NCBI RefSeq assembly: GCF_054482525.1
Contig: NZ_CM137006.1
Direction: 5' to 3' (one strand)
Length of the DNA: 64,000 nucleotides
Shown here: in pieces, positions 43,581-55,632 of the stretch
How positions within the stretch are numbered: the stretch's first letter is position 1
Layout: the number at the start of each line of letters is the position of its first letter
Position numbers and translations under genes: made by a program
Notes under the pieces: generated by a model
Databases searched by the model: none
What the model was told of the DNA's origin: nothing
Seen by the model: the letters and a program-made list of their open reading frames with translations, nothing else

Positions 43581-45230
43581 GTGAACTGGCGCAGAATCGT
43601 CTGGCTATTAGCGTTGGTTACTCTGCCAACGCTTGCGGAGGAGACGCCGTTACAACTGGTGCTGCGCGGTGCGCAGCACGATCAACTGTATCAGCTGTCG
43701 TCATCAGGCGTGACCAAAGTCTCAGCATTACCTGACACGCTCACCACGCCGTTAGGGAGTTTGTGGAAACTGTATGTTTACGCCTGGCTGGAGGATACCC
43801 ATCAACCGGAGCAGGCCTACCAGTGTCGTGGAAACTCCCCGGAAGAGGTTTATTGTTGTCAGGCTGGGGAGAGCATAACGCGCGATACCGCGCTGGTACG
43901 TTCCTGTGGGCTCTATTTTGCGCCGCAGCGGTTGCATATTAGCGCAGATGTGTGGGGGCAATACTGGCAACAGCGTCAGGCACCTGCGTGGTTAGCGTCT
44001 CTTACTACGCTGAAGCCAGAAACCTCGGTAACGGTTAAATCGCTGCTTGATTCATTAGCGACGTTACCTGCGCAAAACAAAGCTCAGGAAGTCTTACTGG
44101 ATGTGGTGCTGGACGAGGCGAAAATCGGTGTCGCATCCATGCTCGGTAGTCGGGTACGGGTGAAAACCTGGAGCTGGTTTGCCGATGATAAACAGGAAAT
44201 CCGTCAGGGTGGTTTTGCCGGCTGGTTAACCGACGGTACACCGCTGTGGGTTACTGGCAGTGGCACCAGCAAAACGGTACTGACCCGTTATGCGACGGTG
44301 CTTAATCGGGTTTTGCCAGTGCCGACGCAAGTTGCCAGTGGGCAATGTGTAGAGGTGGAGCTGTTTGCCCGCTATCCGCTGAAGAAAATCACAGCGGAAA
44401 AGAGTACGACGGCAGTAAAACCCGGCGTACTTAATGGGCGCTATCGTGTGACGTTTACTAATGGTAACCACATTACGTTTGTCAGCCACGGTGAGACGAC
44501 CTTACTGAGCGAAAAGGGCAAACTGAAATTGCAGTCGCATCTCGATCGTGAAGAGTACGTTGCCAGAGTTCTGGATCGCGAGGCGAAAAGTACGCCCCCT
44601 GAGGCAGCGAAAGCCATGACCGTGGCGATTCGCACTTTTTTACAGCAAAACGCCAATCGGGAAGGCGATTGCCTGACCATCCCCGACAGTAGCGCCACGC
44701 AGCGTGTTTCTGCTTCGCCAGCGACCACGGGGGCGCGAACGATGACCGCCTGGACGCAGGATCTTATCTATGCGGGCGATCCGGTTCATTATCATGGCAG
44801 TCGCGCTACCGAAGGGACGCTTTCCTGGCGGCAAGCCACGGCCCGGGCGGGGCAGGGAGAGCGTTACGATCAGATACTCGCGTTTGCTTATCCCGACAAT
44901 AGCCTTAGCCGCTGGGGAGCGCCGCGCTCAACCTGCCAGTTATTACCCAAAGCGAAAGCCTGGCTGGCGAAAAAAATGCCGCAGTGGCGGCGTATATTAC
45001 AAGGCGAGACGGGGTACAACGAACCAGACGTGTTTGCGGTCTGTCGTTTAGTCTCAGGTTTCCCCTATACCGATCGGCAGCAGAAACGGCTGTTTATTCG
45101 TAACTTCTTTACGCTTCAGGATCGGCTGGATTTAACCCATGAGTATCTGCACCTGGCCTTTGATGGTTATCCCACCGGGCTTGATGAGAACTATATCGAA
45201 ACGCTGACCCGACAATTATTAATGGACTAA
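43581..45230 (+). CDS. yfaQ: YfaQ (DUF2300-family protein)
   Basis: 549-aa ORF with GTG start, (M)NWRRIVWLLALVTLPTLAEE signal peptide; starts immediately after the yfaS stop. Confidence 0.8.
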   Translation: MNWRRIVWLLALVTLPTLAEETPLQLVLRGAQHDQLYQLSSSGVTKVSALPDTLTTPLGSLWKLYVYAWLEDTHQPEQAYQCRGNSPEEVYCCQAGESITRDTALVRSCGLYFAPQRLHISADVWGQYWQQRQAPAWLASLTTLKPETSVTVKSLLDSLATLPAQNKAQEVLLDVVLDEAKIGVASMLGSRVRVKTWSWFADDKQEIRQGGFAGWLTDGTPLWVTGSGTSKTVLTRYATVLNRVLPVPTQVASGQCVEVELFARYPLKKITAEKSTTAVKPGVLNGRYRVTFTNGNHITFVSHGETTLLSEKGKLKLQSHLDREEYVARVLDREAKSTPPEAAKAMTVAIRTFLQQNANREGDCLTIPDSSATQRVSASPATTGARTMTAWTQDLIYAGDPVHYHGSRATEGTLSWRQATARAGQGERYDQILAFAYPDNSLSRWGAPRSTCQLLPKAKAWLAKKMPQWRRILQGETGYNEPDVFAVCRLVSGFPYTDRQQKRLFIRNFFTLQDRLDLTHEYLHLAFDGYPTGLDENYIETLTRQLLMD

Positions 45231-45234
45231 TGCT

Positions 45235-46011
45235 ATGCGAAAGATTTTTCTTCCGTTGTTACTGGTGGCGCTTTCGCCTGTCGCTCACAGTGAAGGTGTG
45301 CAGGAAGTCGAGATTGATGCACCGCTCTCTGGCTGGCATCCGGCAGAGGGCGAAGATGCCAGTTTTTCACAATCGATCAATTACCCGGCGTCGTCCGTCA
45401 ACATGGCAGATGATCAAAATATCTCAGCGCAGATCCGCGGCAAAATAAAGAATTATGCTGCGGCGGGTAAAGTTCAGCAGGGCCGGCTGGTGGTCAACGG
45501 TGCCAGTATGCCGCAGAGAATTGAATCCGATGGTTCATTTGCACGCCCTTATATTTTCACTGAAGGCAGCAACAGCGTGCAGGTCATCAGCCCAGATGGG
45601 CAAAGCCGACAAAAAATGCAGTTTTACTCAACGCCGGGCGCTGGAGTGATCCGCGCGCGTTTACGGCTGGTTCTCTCCTGGGATACGGACAATACCGACC
45701 TCGATCTTCACGTTGTCACACCTGATGGCGAACACGCCTGGTACGTTAACACCGTGCTGAAAAACAGTGGTGCACTGGATATGGATGTCACGACGGGGTA
45801 CGGACCCGAGATTTTCGCCATGCCAGCGCCAGTTCACGGACGCTATCAGGTGTATATCAACTACTATGGCGGACGCAGCGAAACGGAATTGACGACCGCC
45901 CAACTGACGCTGATCACCGATGAAGGATCGGTCAATGAGAAACAGGAAACATTTATTGTACCGATGCGTAATGCTGGCGAGTTGACGCTGGTGAAAAGTT
46001 TTGACTGGTGA
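45235..46011 (+). CDS. yfaP: YfaP (DUF2135-family protein)
   Basis: 258-aa ORF MRKIFLPLLLVALSPVAHSEG... (signal peptide), last gene of the yfaA-T-S-Q-P cluster. Confidence 0.8.
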   Translation: MRKIFLPLLLVALSPVAHSEGVQEVEIDAPLSGWHPAEGEDASFSQSINYPASSVNMADDQNISAQIRGKIKNYAAAGKVQQGRLVVNGASMPQRIESDGSFARPYIFTEGSNSVQVISPDGQSRQKMQFYSTPGAGVIRARLRLVLSWDTDNTDLDLHVVTPDGEHAWYVNTVLKNSGALDMDVTTGYGPEIFAMPAPVHGRYQVYINYYGGRSETELTTAQLTLITDEGSVNEKQETFIVPMRNAGELTLVKSFDW

Positions 46012-46285
46012 TCCATCCTTTCACACAACCTGGCTCTCTCTTTTTTCAGATAAGACTGCTGGGCGATCTGCCGACGCCAGGATATAACCATTAACAAGCG
46101 TCGGCAGATTGGTCATTTCTTGTTGTTCGTACGGAAAACTGTCCATTTACTCCGGCTTTCCTGATTAAGGCAATGGTTTCTAAGCGATACGCATTATTGC
46201 AATGGTGACAGAACATTGCGGTAACACGCTTTTACCGCTACCTTAACCACACTCCATCGGTCACCTGAGGCGGAGCTTCGCCCCT

Positions 46286-49135
46286 TTGAAATACCTTGCT
46301 TCTTTTCGTACAACCCTGAAAGCCTCGCGCTACATGTTCAGAGCATTGGCGTTAGTGCTCTGGCTGTTGATTGCTTTTTCATCCGTTTTTTACATCGTGA
46401 ATGCGTTACATCAGCGAGAATCGGAAATTCGTCAGGAATTTAATCTGAGTTCCGATCAGGCTCAGCGCTTTATTCAACGTACCTCTGATGTGATGAAAGA
46501 GCTGAAGTACATCGCTGAAAATCGCTTATCGGCAGAAAACGGTGTGCTTTCCCCGCGTGGACGAGAAACGCAGGCGGATGTGCCTGCGTTTGAACCGCTG
46601 TTTGCCGACTCCGATTGTTCCGCAATGAGTAACACCTGGCGAGGCTCTCTGGAGTCATTGGCGTGGTTTATGCGCTACTGGCGCGATAATTTCTCTGCGG
46701 CTTACGATCTCAACCGGGTATTTTTAATCGGCAGCGATAACCTTTGCATGGCCAATTTCGGTCTGCGTGATATGCCAGTGGAACGCGATACCGCGTTGAA
46801 AGCTTTGCATGAACGCATCAATAAATATCGAAATGCACCACAAGATGATAGCGGCAGTAACCTCTACTGGATCAGCGAAGGTCCGCGCCCTGGCGTCGGG
46901 TATTTTTACGCGTTGACGCCAGTTTATCTGGCGAACCGGTTGCAGGCGCTTTTGGGTGTCGAGCAGACCATCCGGATGGAGAACTTTTTCTTACCAGGTA
47001 CGTTGCCGATGGGGGTTACCATTCTTGATGAAAATGGTCATACCCTCATTTCGCTTACCGGACCAGAAAGTAAAATTAAGGGCGATCCTCGCTGGATGCA
47101 GGAACGCTCCTGGTTTGGCTATACGGAAGGGTTCCGGGAGCTGGTGCTGAAGAAAAATCTGCCACCCTCATCGCTAAGCATCGTTTATTCGGTGCCGGTT
47201 GATAAGGTGCTGGAACGCATTCGCATGTTGATCCTTAACGCAATTTTGCTGAATGTGCTTACCGGAGCTGCATTGTTTACTCTCGCGCGGATGTACGAGC
47301 GACGTATTTTCATTCCGGCGGAAAGCGACGCCCTGCGACTGGAAGAACATGAGCAGTTTAATCGCAAGATTGTCGCCTCCGCGCCAGTGGGTATCTGCAT
47401 TTTGCGTACCGCTGATGGCGTCAATATTTTAAGTAACGAACTGGCGCATACCTATCTCAATATGCTTACGCATGAGGATCGCCAACGGCTGACACAAATT
47501 ATCTGTGGGCAGCAGGTCAATTTTGTTGATGTCCTGACCAGCAACAATACCAATCTGCAAATCAGCTTCGTCCATTCGCGCTATCGTAATGAAAACGTGG
47601 CCATTTGTGTGCTGGTGGATGTTTCTTCGCGCGTGAAGATGGAAGAGTCGTTGCAGGAGATGGCACAAGCAGCGGAACAGGCGAGCCAGTCAAAATCGAT
47701 GTTCCTTGCCACCGTCAGTCATGAGCTGCGAACGCCGCTGTATGGCATTATCGGTAACCTGGATCTGTTGCAAACCAAAGAGTTACCGAAAGGCGTCGAT
47801 CGTCTGGTGACGGCAATGAACAACTCTTCCAGCCTGTTGTTGAAAATTATCAGCGATATTCTCGATTTCTCGAAAATTGAATCAGAACAGTTGAAGATCG
47901 AACCGCGTGAGTTTTCACCGCGTGAAGTGATGAACCACATCACCGCCAACTATTTACCGCTGGTGGTACGCAAGCAGTTAGGCTTGTACTGCTTTATTGA
48001 ACCGGATGTGCCAGTGGCCTTAAATGGCGACCCGATGCGTTTACAGCAGGTCATCTCCAACCTGTTGAGTAACGCCATAAAATTCACCGATACCGGCTGT
48101 ATAGTTTTGCATGTTCGCGCTGATGGCGATTATCTCTCTATCCGTGTTCGCGATACCGGCGTGGGGATTCCGGCGAAAGAAGTCGTGCGCTTGTTTGATC
48201 CCTTCTTCCAGGTCGGAACGGGCGTACAGCGAAACTTCCAGGGGACCGGTCTGGGTCTGGCGATTTGTGAAAAACTGATCAGCATGATGGACGGCGATAT
48301 CTCGGTAGATTCAGAACCGGGAATGGGCAGCCAGTTTACCGTGCGTATTCCGTTGTACGGCGCTCAGTACCCGCAGAAAAAAGGCGTGGAAGGGTTGAGT
48401 GGTAAACGCTGCTGGCTGGCGGTCCGCAATGCGTCGCTCTGTCAGTTCCTGGAAACCAGTTTGCAGCGCAGCGGCATCGTCGTTACAACATACGAAGGGC
48501 AGGAACCGACTCCCGAAGATGTGTTAATCACTGACGAGGTAGTGAGCAAAAAATGGCAGGGTAGAGCGGTAGTGACCTTCTGTCGTCGCCATATTGGTAT
48601 TCCGCTGGAGAAAGCGCCAGGGGAGTGGGTACACAGTGTGGCTGCCCCGCATGAGCTACCGGCATTGTTGGCGCGTATTTATTTGATCGAGATGGAGAGC
48701 GATGATCCTGCTAACGCTCTGCCGTCGACGGACAAAGCGGTCAGCGATAACGACGATATGATGATTCTGGTTGTGGATGATCATCCGATTAACCGGCGTC
48801 TTCTGGCAGATCAGTTGGGATCGTTGGGCTATCAATGTAAAACCGCGAATGATGGCGTCGATGCGCTTAATGTACTTAGCAAGAATCATATTGATATCGT
48901 GCTTAGCGACGTCAACATGCCAAATATGGATGGTTACCGCTTGACGCAACGCATTCGTCAGTTGGGACTGACGTTGCCGGTAATCGGAGTAACTGCTAAT
49001 GCGTTGGCTGAAGAGAAGCAGCGGTGTCTGGAGTCTGGTATGGACAGCTGCCTGTCGAAGCCGGTAACGCTGGATGTGATAAAACAGACGCTAACGGTAT
49101 ATGCCGAGAGGGTCAGGAAATCGCGGGATTCGTAG
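46286..49135 (+). CDS. rcsC: Hybrid sensor histidine kinase RcsC
   Basis: 949-aa ORF with HisKA (SHELRTPL), HATPase and C-terminal receiver (VVDDHPINRRLLADQL...DVNMPNMDGY). Confidence 0.92.
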   Translation: MKYLASFRTTLKASRYMFRALALVLWLLIAFSSVFYIVNALHQRESEIRQEFNLSSDQAQRFIQRTSDVMKELKYIAENRLSAENGVLSPRGRETQADVPAFEPLFADSDCSAMSNTWRGSLESLAWFMRYWRDNFSAAYDLNRVFLIGSDNLCMANFGLRDMPVERDTALKALHERINKYRNAPQDDSGSNLYWISEGPRPGVGYFYALTPVYLANRLQALLGVEQTIRMENFFLPGTLPMGVTILDENGHTLISLTGPESKIKGDPRWMQERSWFGYTEGFRELVLKKNLPPSSLSIVYSVPVDKVLERIRMLILNAILLNVLTGAALFTLARMYERRIFIPAESDALRLEEHEQFNRKIVASAPVGICILRTADGVNILSNELAHTYLNMLTHEDRQRLTQIICGQQVNFVDVLTSNNTNLQISFVHSRYRNENVAICVLVDVSSRVKMEESLQEMAQAAEQASQSKSMFLATVSHELRTPLYGIIGNLDLLQTKELPKGVDRLVTAMNNSSSLLLKIISDILDFSKIESEQLKIEPREFSPREVMNHITANYLPLVVRKQLGLYCFIEPDVPVALNGDPMRLQQVISNLLSNAIKFTDTGCIVLHVRADGDYLSIRVRDTGVGIPAKEVVRLFDPFFQVGTGVQRNFQGTGLGLAICEKLISMMDGDISVDSEPGMGSQFTVRIPLYGAQYPQKKGVEGLSGKRCWLAVRNASLCQFLETSLQRSGIVVTTYEGQEPTPEDVLITDEVVSKKWQGRAVVTFCRRHIGIPLEKAPGEWVHSVAAPHELPALLARIYLIEMESDDPANALPSTDKAVSDNDDMMILVVDDHPINRRLLADQLGSLGYQCKTANDGVDALNVLSKNHIDIVLSDVNMPNMDGYRLTQRIRQLGLTLPVIGVTANALAEEKQRCLESGMDSCLSKPVTLDVIKQTLTVYAERVRKSRDS

Positions 49136-49137
49136 GA

Positions 49138-49222
49138 CGGATAAGGCGTTTACGCCGCATCTGGCATTCAGTGCAAATGCCAGATGCGACGCTGACGCGT
49201 CTTATCTGGCCTACAGATGATT
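49138..49222. repeat. REP element between convergent rcsC and rcsB
   Basis: ggacggataaggcgtttacgccgcatc ... gatgcgacgctgacgcgtcttatctggcctac palindromic unit. Confidence 0.65.
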
Positions 49223-49871
49223 AGTCTTTATCTGCCGGACTTAAGGTCACAGAAGAGAGATAATTCAGCAGAGCAATATCGTTCTCGACACCCAGCTTCA
49301 TCATCGCAGATTTCTTCTGGCTACTGATGGTTTTGATACTGCGGTTCAGCTTTTTAGCGATCTCGGTCACCAGGAAGCCTTCAGCAAACAGGCGCAGAAC
49401 TTCACTCTCTTTTGGCGAGAGACGCTTGTCACCGTAACCACCAGCACTGATTTTTTCCAACAGGCGAGAAACGCTTTCCGGGGTAAATTTCTTCCCTTTC
49501 TGCAGCGCGGCGAGAGCTTTCGGCAGATCGGTCGGTGCACCTTGTTTCAGCACGATCCCTTCGATATCCAGATCCAATACCGCACTAAGAATCGCCGGGT
49601 TGTTGTTCATAGTCAGAACAATGATCGACAGGCTTGGGAAATGGCGCTTGATGTACTTGATTAAGGTAATGCCATCGCCGTACTTATCGCCAGGCATGGA
49701 GAGATCGGTAATCAACACATGCGCATCCAGTTTCGGCAGGTTGTTGATCAGTGCTGTAGAGTCTTCAAATTCGCCGACAACATTCACCCACTCAATTTGC
49801 TCAAGTGATTTGCGAATACCGAACAAGACTATCGGATGGTCATCGGCAATAATTACGTTCATATTGTTCAT
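49221..49871 (-). CDS. rcsB: Response regulator RcsB
   Basis: ORF contains MNNMNVIIADDHPIVLFGIRKSLEQ... and a LuxR-type HTH C-terminus; start set at MNNMNV (216 aa). Confidence 0.92.
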   Translation of the reverse strand: MNNMNVIIADDHPIVLFGIRKSLEQIEWVNVVGEFEDSTALINNLPKLDAHVLITDLSMPGDKYGDGITLIKYIKRHFPSLSIIVLTMNNNPAILSAVLDLDIEGIVLKQGAPTDLPKALAALQKGKKFTPESVSRLLEKISAGGYGDKRLSPKESEVLRLFAEGFLVTEIAKKLNRSIKTISSQKKSAMMKLGVENDIALLNYLSSVTLSPADKD

Positions 49872-49887
49872 GTAATAGGCTACCTTG

Positions 49888-52560
49888 CTACAGCAAGCTC
49901 TTGACATAACTGTCAATGTCGCTGATGTATTTTTCTATTCCTGGAACATCCTTCTCACGAATCAGATGTTCCAGCGTTTCACATAACTGCTTGCCGGGTA
50001 CCAGATTTAGCATGGCAAATACGCCTTTAAGACGATGAGCCGTTTGGGCTAACGCAGCAAAGTCACTGGTTGCTGCTTCAGTATACAGCCTCTTAACATC
50101 ATCCGGTACTGTGTCTACAAAGAGCGCATAATAGCCGCTGGCATGGAGTTGCGCATTTTCATCTCCGCCCAGAGGCGATTCTGTCACCTCTTCCTGCGCC
50201 AGTTGCACTTCAATTAATTGTAAGACCGCTTCCTGCATAGCGTTGCTCATATTGAAGTTGACGCACAATTGACCAGGCCCAATTTCCCGTACGCCAGACT
50301 CATCATCGCTTAAAAGCAAGCCAGAGGCAGTAAGATTAGACGGATTATCCGTTAAAAAGATATCATAATCTTGACTAATTAATCTTTCATCGGGTGTGAT
50401 ACAGGTTGCACCCCAATTTTCTAACTGGCGAGTGACAATATTCCGAATTTCTGCCGAAGTAACATCCACCATTACGCAGACATCATCCAGTAATCGCTCT
50501 TCTTCCTCTTCAACTTCCGGGTCAGCTGCGAGCATTTTGATATGCACAGAGTAGCGTGTACCAAGCCCATCCCGCGTTTTGATGTTTAAATGACCGCCCA
50601 GTTTACGCGCCAGTTGATCGCTCAGCCAGAATGCCAGCGGGTCCGCCTTGCCATAGCGATCGTTTTGGGTCTGGTTGATAAACGGGAAGTGCAAATTATC
50701 CATTTCATGAATGCTTACGCCTTCTCCAGTGTCCAGAATGCGGAACGTCAGGCGGTCTTCGGAGGACTCATCCTGATCAACCTCAAGGGTGATTTTTCCC
50801 AATTGCGTTGAGGTCACGGCATATTGTATCAGTAACAGCAAAATACGTCGTAAGGCATCGCGATCGCCGCGGCGCATATCGTGTGCTTTCAGATGATTGT
50901 TAATCAGCAGTTGCAGACCTTTACGCTTGATGGCAGGCAACACTGAAGGCACAACTTCATCAATCAAATCCTGCACGTAGAACAGCACCGTCTCACTTTT
51001 CCAGCTATCGTCCGCAAGCATGTTCGCTAACTGTATTTCATCGACCAGCCGCACCAGCACATCAGCCTGATTCGCCAGTTGTTTGCTTTCCGGGGCGTTG
51101 AGTTTAGCCGCGCTCTCCGCCAGGGACTGTGCGGGTTCTTTCAGCGCATCGCCAATGTTTTTCATAAAGGTCATCCGCCCCTGCTGGTTTTTCTCATACA
51201 GACGCTGCGCCTGCTTGAGTTTCTTGTTTACCAGCACTTCGCGATCCTGATCGCGAATAATGAAAATTTGTGTGCGCGGCGCGACCTGGCTGCGGAACAT
51301 GCGGATCTCATACAGCTCGTTATTAATCGTCGCCTGAATAATCCCCTGATGCTGTTCCGCCATGGTGGTGATGTTTTGCAGATTCAAATGCGGCAGCAAA
51401 TGATCGGCAATTTTGTTACTTATGACAGTGCGGTTCGATTCCTGATCGTGAACCAGCAGGCCGAGCGGCAGCAGTGAGACTATCTCTTCATTGATTGCCC
51501 GTAAAATGCGCAATTCGTTATTGACCGCCGTGTTGGGTAGACTTTCTGTACTACGACTGGAGAAATGGCGAAATGTGGTATAGCCAAATAACGCCAGCGC
51601 CAGCAAACCGATGTTCAGCAGCAGTGGCAGCAGAATGTTTTGCAACGTATCCAGCAATAAGGTGCCATAAGGAACCTGCCAGACCAGTCGCATATCGGTA
51701 GAGTTGAGTGCCGAGGAGATTTCAATCTTCGTACTGTTAAAGTGGATACTGACGCTATCCGTCCCTTCTTTCTCATTATCATTGTCTCCCGTTGCCGTCG
51801 CGTCTGGCTCAAGGCGGAAACTGTCCAGCGGCATACCCGGTGGGATCAAATCATTAATCGGCAGATCAAAAGCCACGACCGTTGCCAGATGTCCCGGCTG
51901 GTTGAACGTGGTACGCAAGGTAAAGTAATGACCGTTCTGCCAGGCCAGGCGGCGCATGTTAGAAAAGCTTTCGCGTTCATCGAGGGCGTTGGCCTGTCGC
52001 AACATCTCTGCACGACGTGAATCAACAATGTCGCTGACGGTCGATTCTTTAAATCCGGAGGTGAGATCTTTGAGGGGCAGGGTTGAGATCAGCACCAGAC
52101 TGTTATCCTGACCATTCAGGTAATACATCGACCACGGTACATTTTCTGCGCCCCACAATGTGTCCAGATAGGTGGACATCCGTTGAGTCATCTCAAGCGT
52201 TGAGTTGTCGTGAGAGCCAAAGATTAACGCTTCCGTTTTGCGGCGCGGTTTTTCCAGATAGTAGACATCCTGTTTCAGGCGCGTCTCTTGTAAACCTTCG
52301 CCGGAGGAGGGGGAGGTCGTCGCGGCAATGTTGTCGTAGATCTGCCAGGTCACGTAACGCCAGGTATCGACACGCTTTTGGATAGCGTGGGTAATGTCGA
52401 CAATCTGGTAACTTTTATCTTTCAGCCAGGCGTTAACGGCGCTTTGTACCATTACACCCATCGTCACCAGTAACACAATGATCAACAGTAAAAAGAAGCG
52501 GGTAATGCTCCCCGGTAGGAGTGAAAAGCGGGTCGTGGCCGTTGTCTCTTTCTGACGCAT
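49888..52560 (-). CDS. rcsD: Phosphotransfer intermediate RcsD
   Basis: 890-aa ORF beginning MRQKETTATTRFSLLPGSITRFFLLLIIVLLV... with C-terminal HPt region. Confidence 0.9.
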   Translation of the reverse strand: MRQKETTATTRFSLLPGSITRFFLLLIIVLLVTMGVMVQSAVNAWLKDKSYQIVDITHAIQKRVDTWRYVTWQIYDNIAATTSPSSGEGLQETRLKQDVYYLEKPRRKTEALIFGSHDNSTLEMTQRMSTYLDTLWGAENVPWSMYYLNGQDNSLVLISTLPLKDLTSGFKESTVSDIVDSRRAEMLRQANALDERESFSNMRRLAWQNGHYFTLRTTFNQPGHLATVVAFDLPINDLIPPGMPLDSFRLEPDATATGDNDNEKEGTDSVSIHFNSTKIEISSALNSTDMRLVWQVPYGTLLLDTLQNILLPLLLNIGLLALALFGYTTFRHFSSRSTESLPNTAVNNELRILRAINEEIVSLLPLGLLVHDQESNRTVISNKIADHLLPHLNLQNITTMAEQHQGIIQATINNELYEIRMFRSQVAPRTQIFIIRDQDREVLVNKKLKQAQRLYEKNQQGRMTFMKNIGDALKEPAQSLAESAAKLNAPESKQLANQADVLVRLVDEIQLANMLADDSWKSETVLFYVQDLIDEVVPSVLPAIKRKGLQLLINNHLKAHDMRRGDRDALRRILLLLIQYAVTSTQLGKITLEVDQDESSEDRLTFRILDTGEGVSIHEMDNLHFPFINQTQNDRYGKADPLAFWLSDQLARKLGGHLNIKTRDGLGTRYSVHIKMLAADPEVEEEEERLLDDVCVMVDVTSAEIRNIVTRQLENWGATCITPDERLISQDYDIFLTDNPSNLTASGLLLSDDESGVREIGPGQLCVNFNMSNAMQEAVLQLIEVQLAQEEVTESPLGGDENAQLHASGYYALFVDTVPDDVKRLYTEAATSDFAALAQTAHRLKGVFAMLNLVPGKQLCETLEHLIREKDVPGIEKYISDIDSYVKSLL

Positions 52561-52871
52561 TCGTGTTTATGACCTGTTAAAACTTCGCGAAGTGATAGGG
52601 CAGTATAAAGGGTACAGTGTGAAATTCCAGACTCTTACCTGATTGATGATTTTCTATTCTCCCGTGATATTTATCATCCTGCATTGGGGGAAATAGATGT
52701 ACAAGCGCCATTTTGCTGTACAAATAACCTACAAAAAGCCCAACGAAATTAATTGCAAATAAACGAAGATTGCTGGAAATTATGTTGATGTTAATTATTT
52801 GTGAAATAGTTAACAAGCGTTATAGTTTTTCTGTGGTAGCACAGAATAATGAAAAGTGTGTAAAGAAGGGT

Positions 52872-52964
52872 AAAAAAAACCGGATGCGAGGCATCCGGTT
52901 GAAATAGGGGTAAACAGACATTCAGAAATGAATGACGGTAATAAATAAAGTTAATGATGATAGC
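52872..52964 (-). ncRNA. micF: MicF antisense sRNA (represses ompF translation)
   Basis: Minus strand reads GCTATCATCATTAACTTTATTTATTACCGTCATTCATTTCTGAATGTCTGTTTACCCCTATTTCAACCGGATGCCTCGCATCCGGTTTTTTTT, matching MicF including its terminator hairpin and U-run; divergent from ompC. Confidence 0.9.
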
Positions 52965-54392
<1,428 letters not shown>

Positions 54393-54411
54393 TCTCGATT
54401 GATATCGAACA

Positions 54412-54433
54412 AAGGGCCTGCGGGCCCTTTTTT
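54412..54433 (+). terminator. ompC rho-independent terminator
   Basis: gggcc-tgcg-ggccc hairpin followed by a run of six T, 20 nt after the ompC stop. Confidence 0.75.
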
Positions 54434-54503
54434 CATTGTTTTCAGCGTACAAACACAGTTTTTTGGTGTACTCTTGCGACCGTTCGCATGAGGATAATCA
54501 CGT

Positions 54504-55559
54504 ATGGAAATAAGCTTTACCCGCGTGGCACTGCTGGCTGCCGCGCTCTTCTTTGTTGGTTGCGATCAAAAACCACAACCCGCCAAAACCCACGCTACTG
54601 AAGTTACCGTCCTTGAAGGCAAAACTATGGGTACCTTCTGGCGTGCCAGCATTCCGGGCATTGACGCCAAACGCAGTGCCGAACTTAAAGAAAAGATTCA
54701 GACCCAGCTGGACGCCGACGATCAGCTGCTTTCGACCTATAAAAAAGATTCCGCGCTGATGCGCTTTAACGACTCGCAAAGTTTGTCGCCGTGGCCGGTA
54801 AGTGAAGCGATGGCCGATATCGTCACCACCTCGCTACGCATTGGCGCGAAGACCGATGGCGCGATGGATATAACCGTCGGGCCGCTGGTGAATCTGTGGG
54901 GTTTCGGTCCGGAACAACAGCCGGTTCAAATTCCGAGCCAGGAACAGATCGATGCGATGAAAGCCAAAACCGGCTTACAGCACCTGACGGTCATTAATCA
55001 GTCGCATCAGCAATATCTGCAAAAAGACCTGCCGGATTTATATGTCGATCTCTCCACCGTCGGCGAAGGCTATGCGGCGGATCATCTGGCACGCTTGATG
55101 GAGCAGGAAGGGATTTCCCGCTATCTGGTATCGGTGGGCGGCGCGCTGAACAGCCGTGGTATGAACGGTGAAGGCCAGCCGTGGCGGGTAGCGATTCAAA
55201 AACCAACCGATAAAGAAAACGCGGTTCAGGCCGTGGTGGATATCAACGGTCATGGCATTAGCACCTCTGGCAGCTACCGTAACTATTACGAACTGGACGG
55301 CAAACGTCTTTCCCATGTTATCGATCCGCAAACCGGGCGTCCCATCGAACACAATCTGGTATCCGTGACGGTGATTGCCCCGACGGCGCTGGAAGCCGAT
55401 GCCTGGGATACTGGCTTGATGGTACTGGGGCCGGAGAAAGCCAAAGAGGTTGTTCGCCGGGAAGGGCTGGCGGTCTACATGATCACCAAAGAAGGTGATA
55501 GCTTTAAAACCTGGATGTCGCCGCAGTTTAAAAGCTTCCTTATCAGCGAAAAAAATTAA
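54504..55559 (+). CDS. apbE: FAD:protein FMN transferase ApbE
   Basis: 351-aa ORF MEISFTRVALLAAALFFVGCDQKPQ... (lipoprotein signal). Confidence 0.9.
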   Translation: MEISFTRVALLAAALFFVGCDQKPQPAKTHATEVTVLEGKTMGTFWRASIPGIDAKRSAELKEKIQTQLDADDQLLSTYKKDSALMRFNDSQSLSPWPVSEAMADIVTTSLRIGAKTDGAMDITVGPLVNLWGFGPEQQPVQIPSQEQIDAMKAKTGLQHLTVINQSHQQYLQKDLPDLYVDLSTVGEGYAADHLARLMEQEGISRYLVSVGGALNSRGMNGEGQPWRVAIQKPTDKENAVQAVVDINGHGISTSGSYRNYYELDGKRLSHVIDPQTGRPIEHNLVSVTVIAPTALEADAWDTGLMVLGPEKAKEVVRREGLAVYMITKEGDSFKTWMSPQFKSFLISEKN

Positions 55560-55632
55560 AGCGCAAGATTGTTGGTTTTTGCGTGATGGTGACCGGGCAG
55601 ACTAAAGGCTATCCTTAACCAGGGAGCTGATT

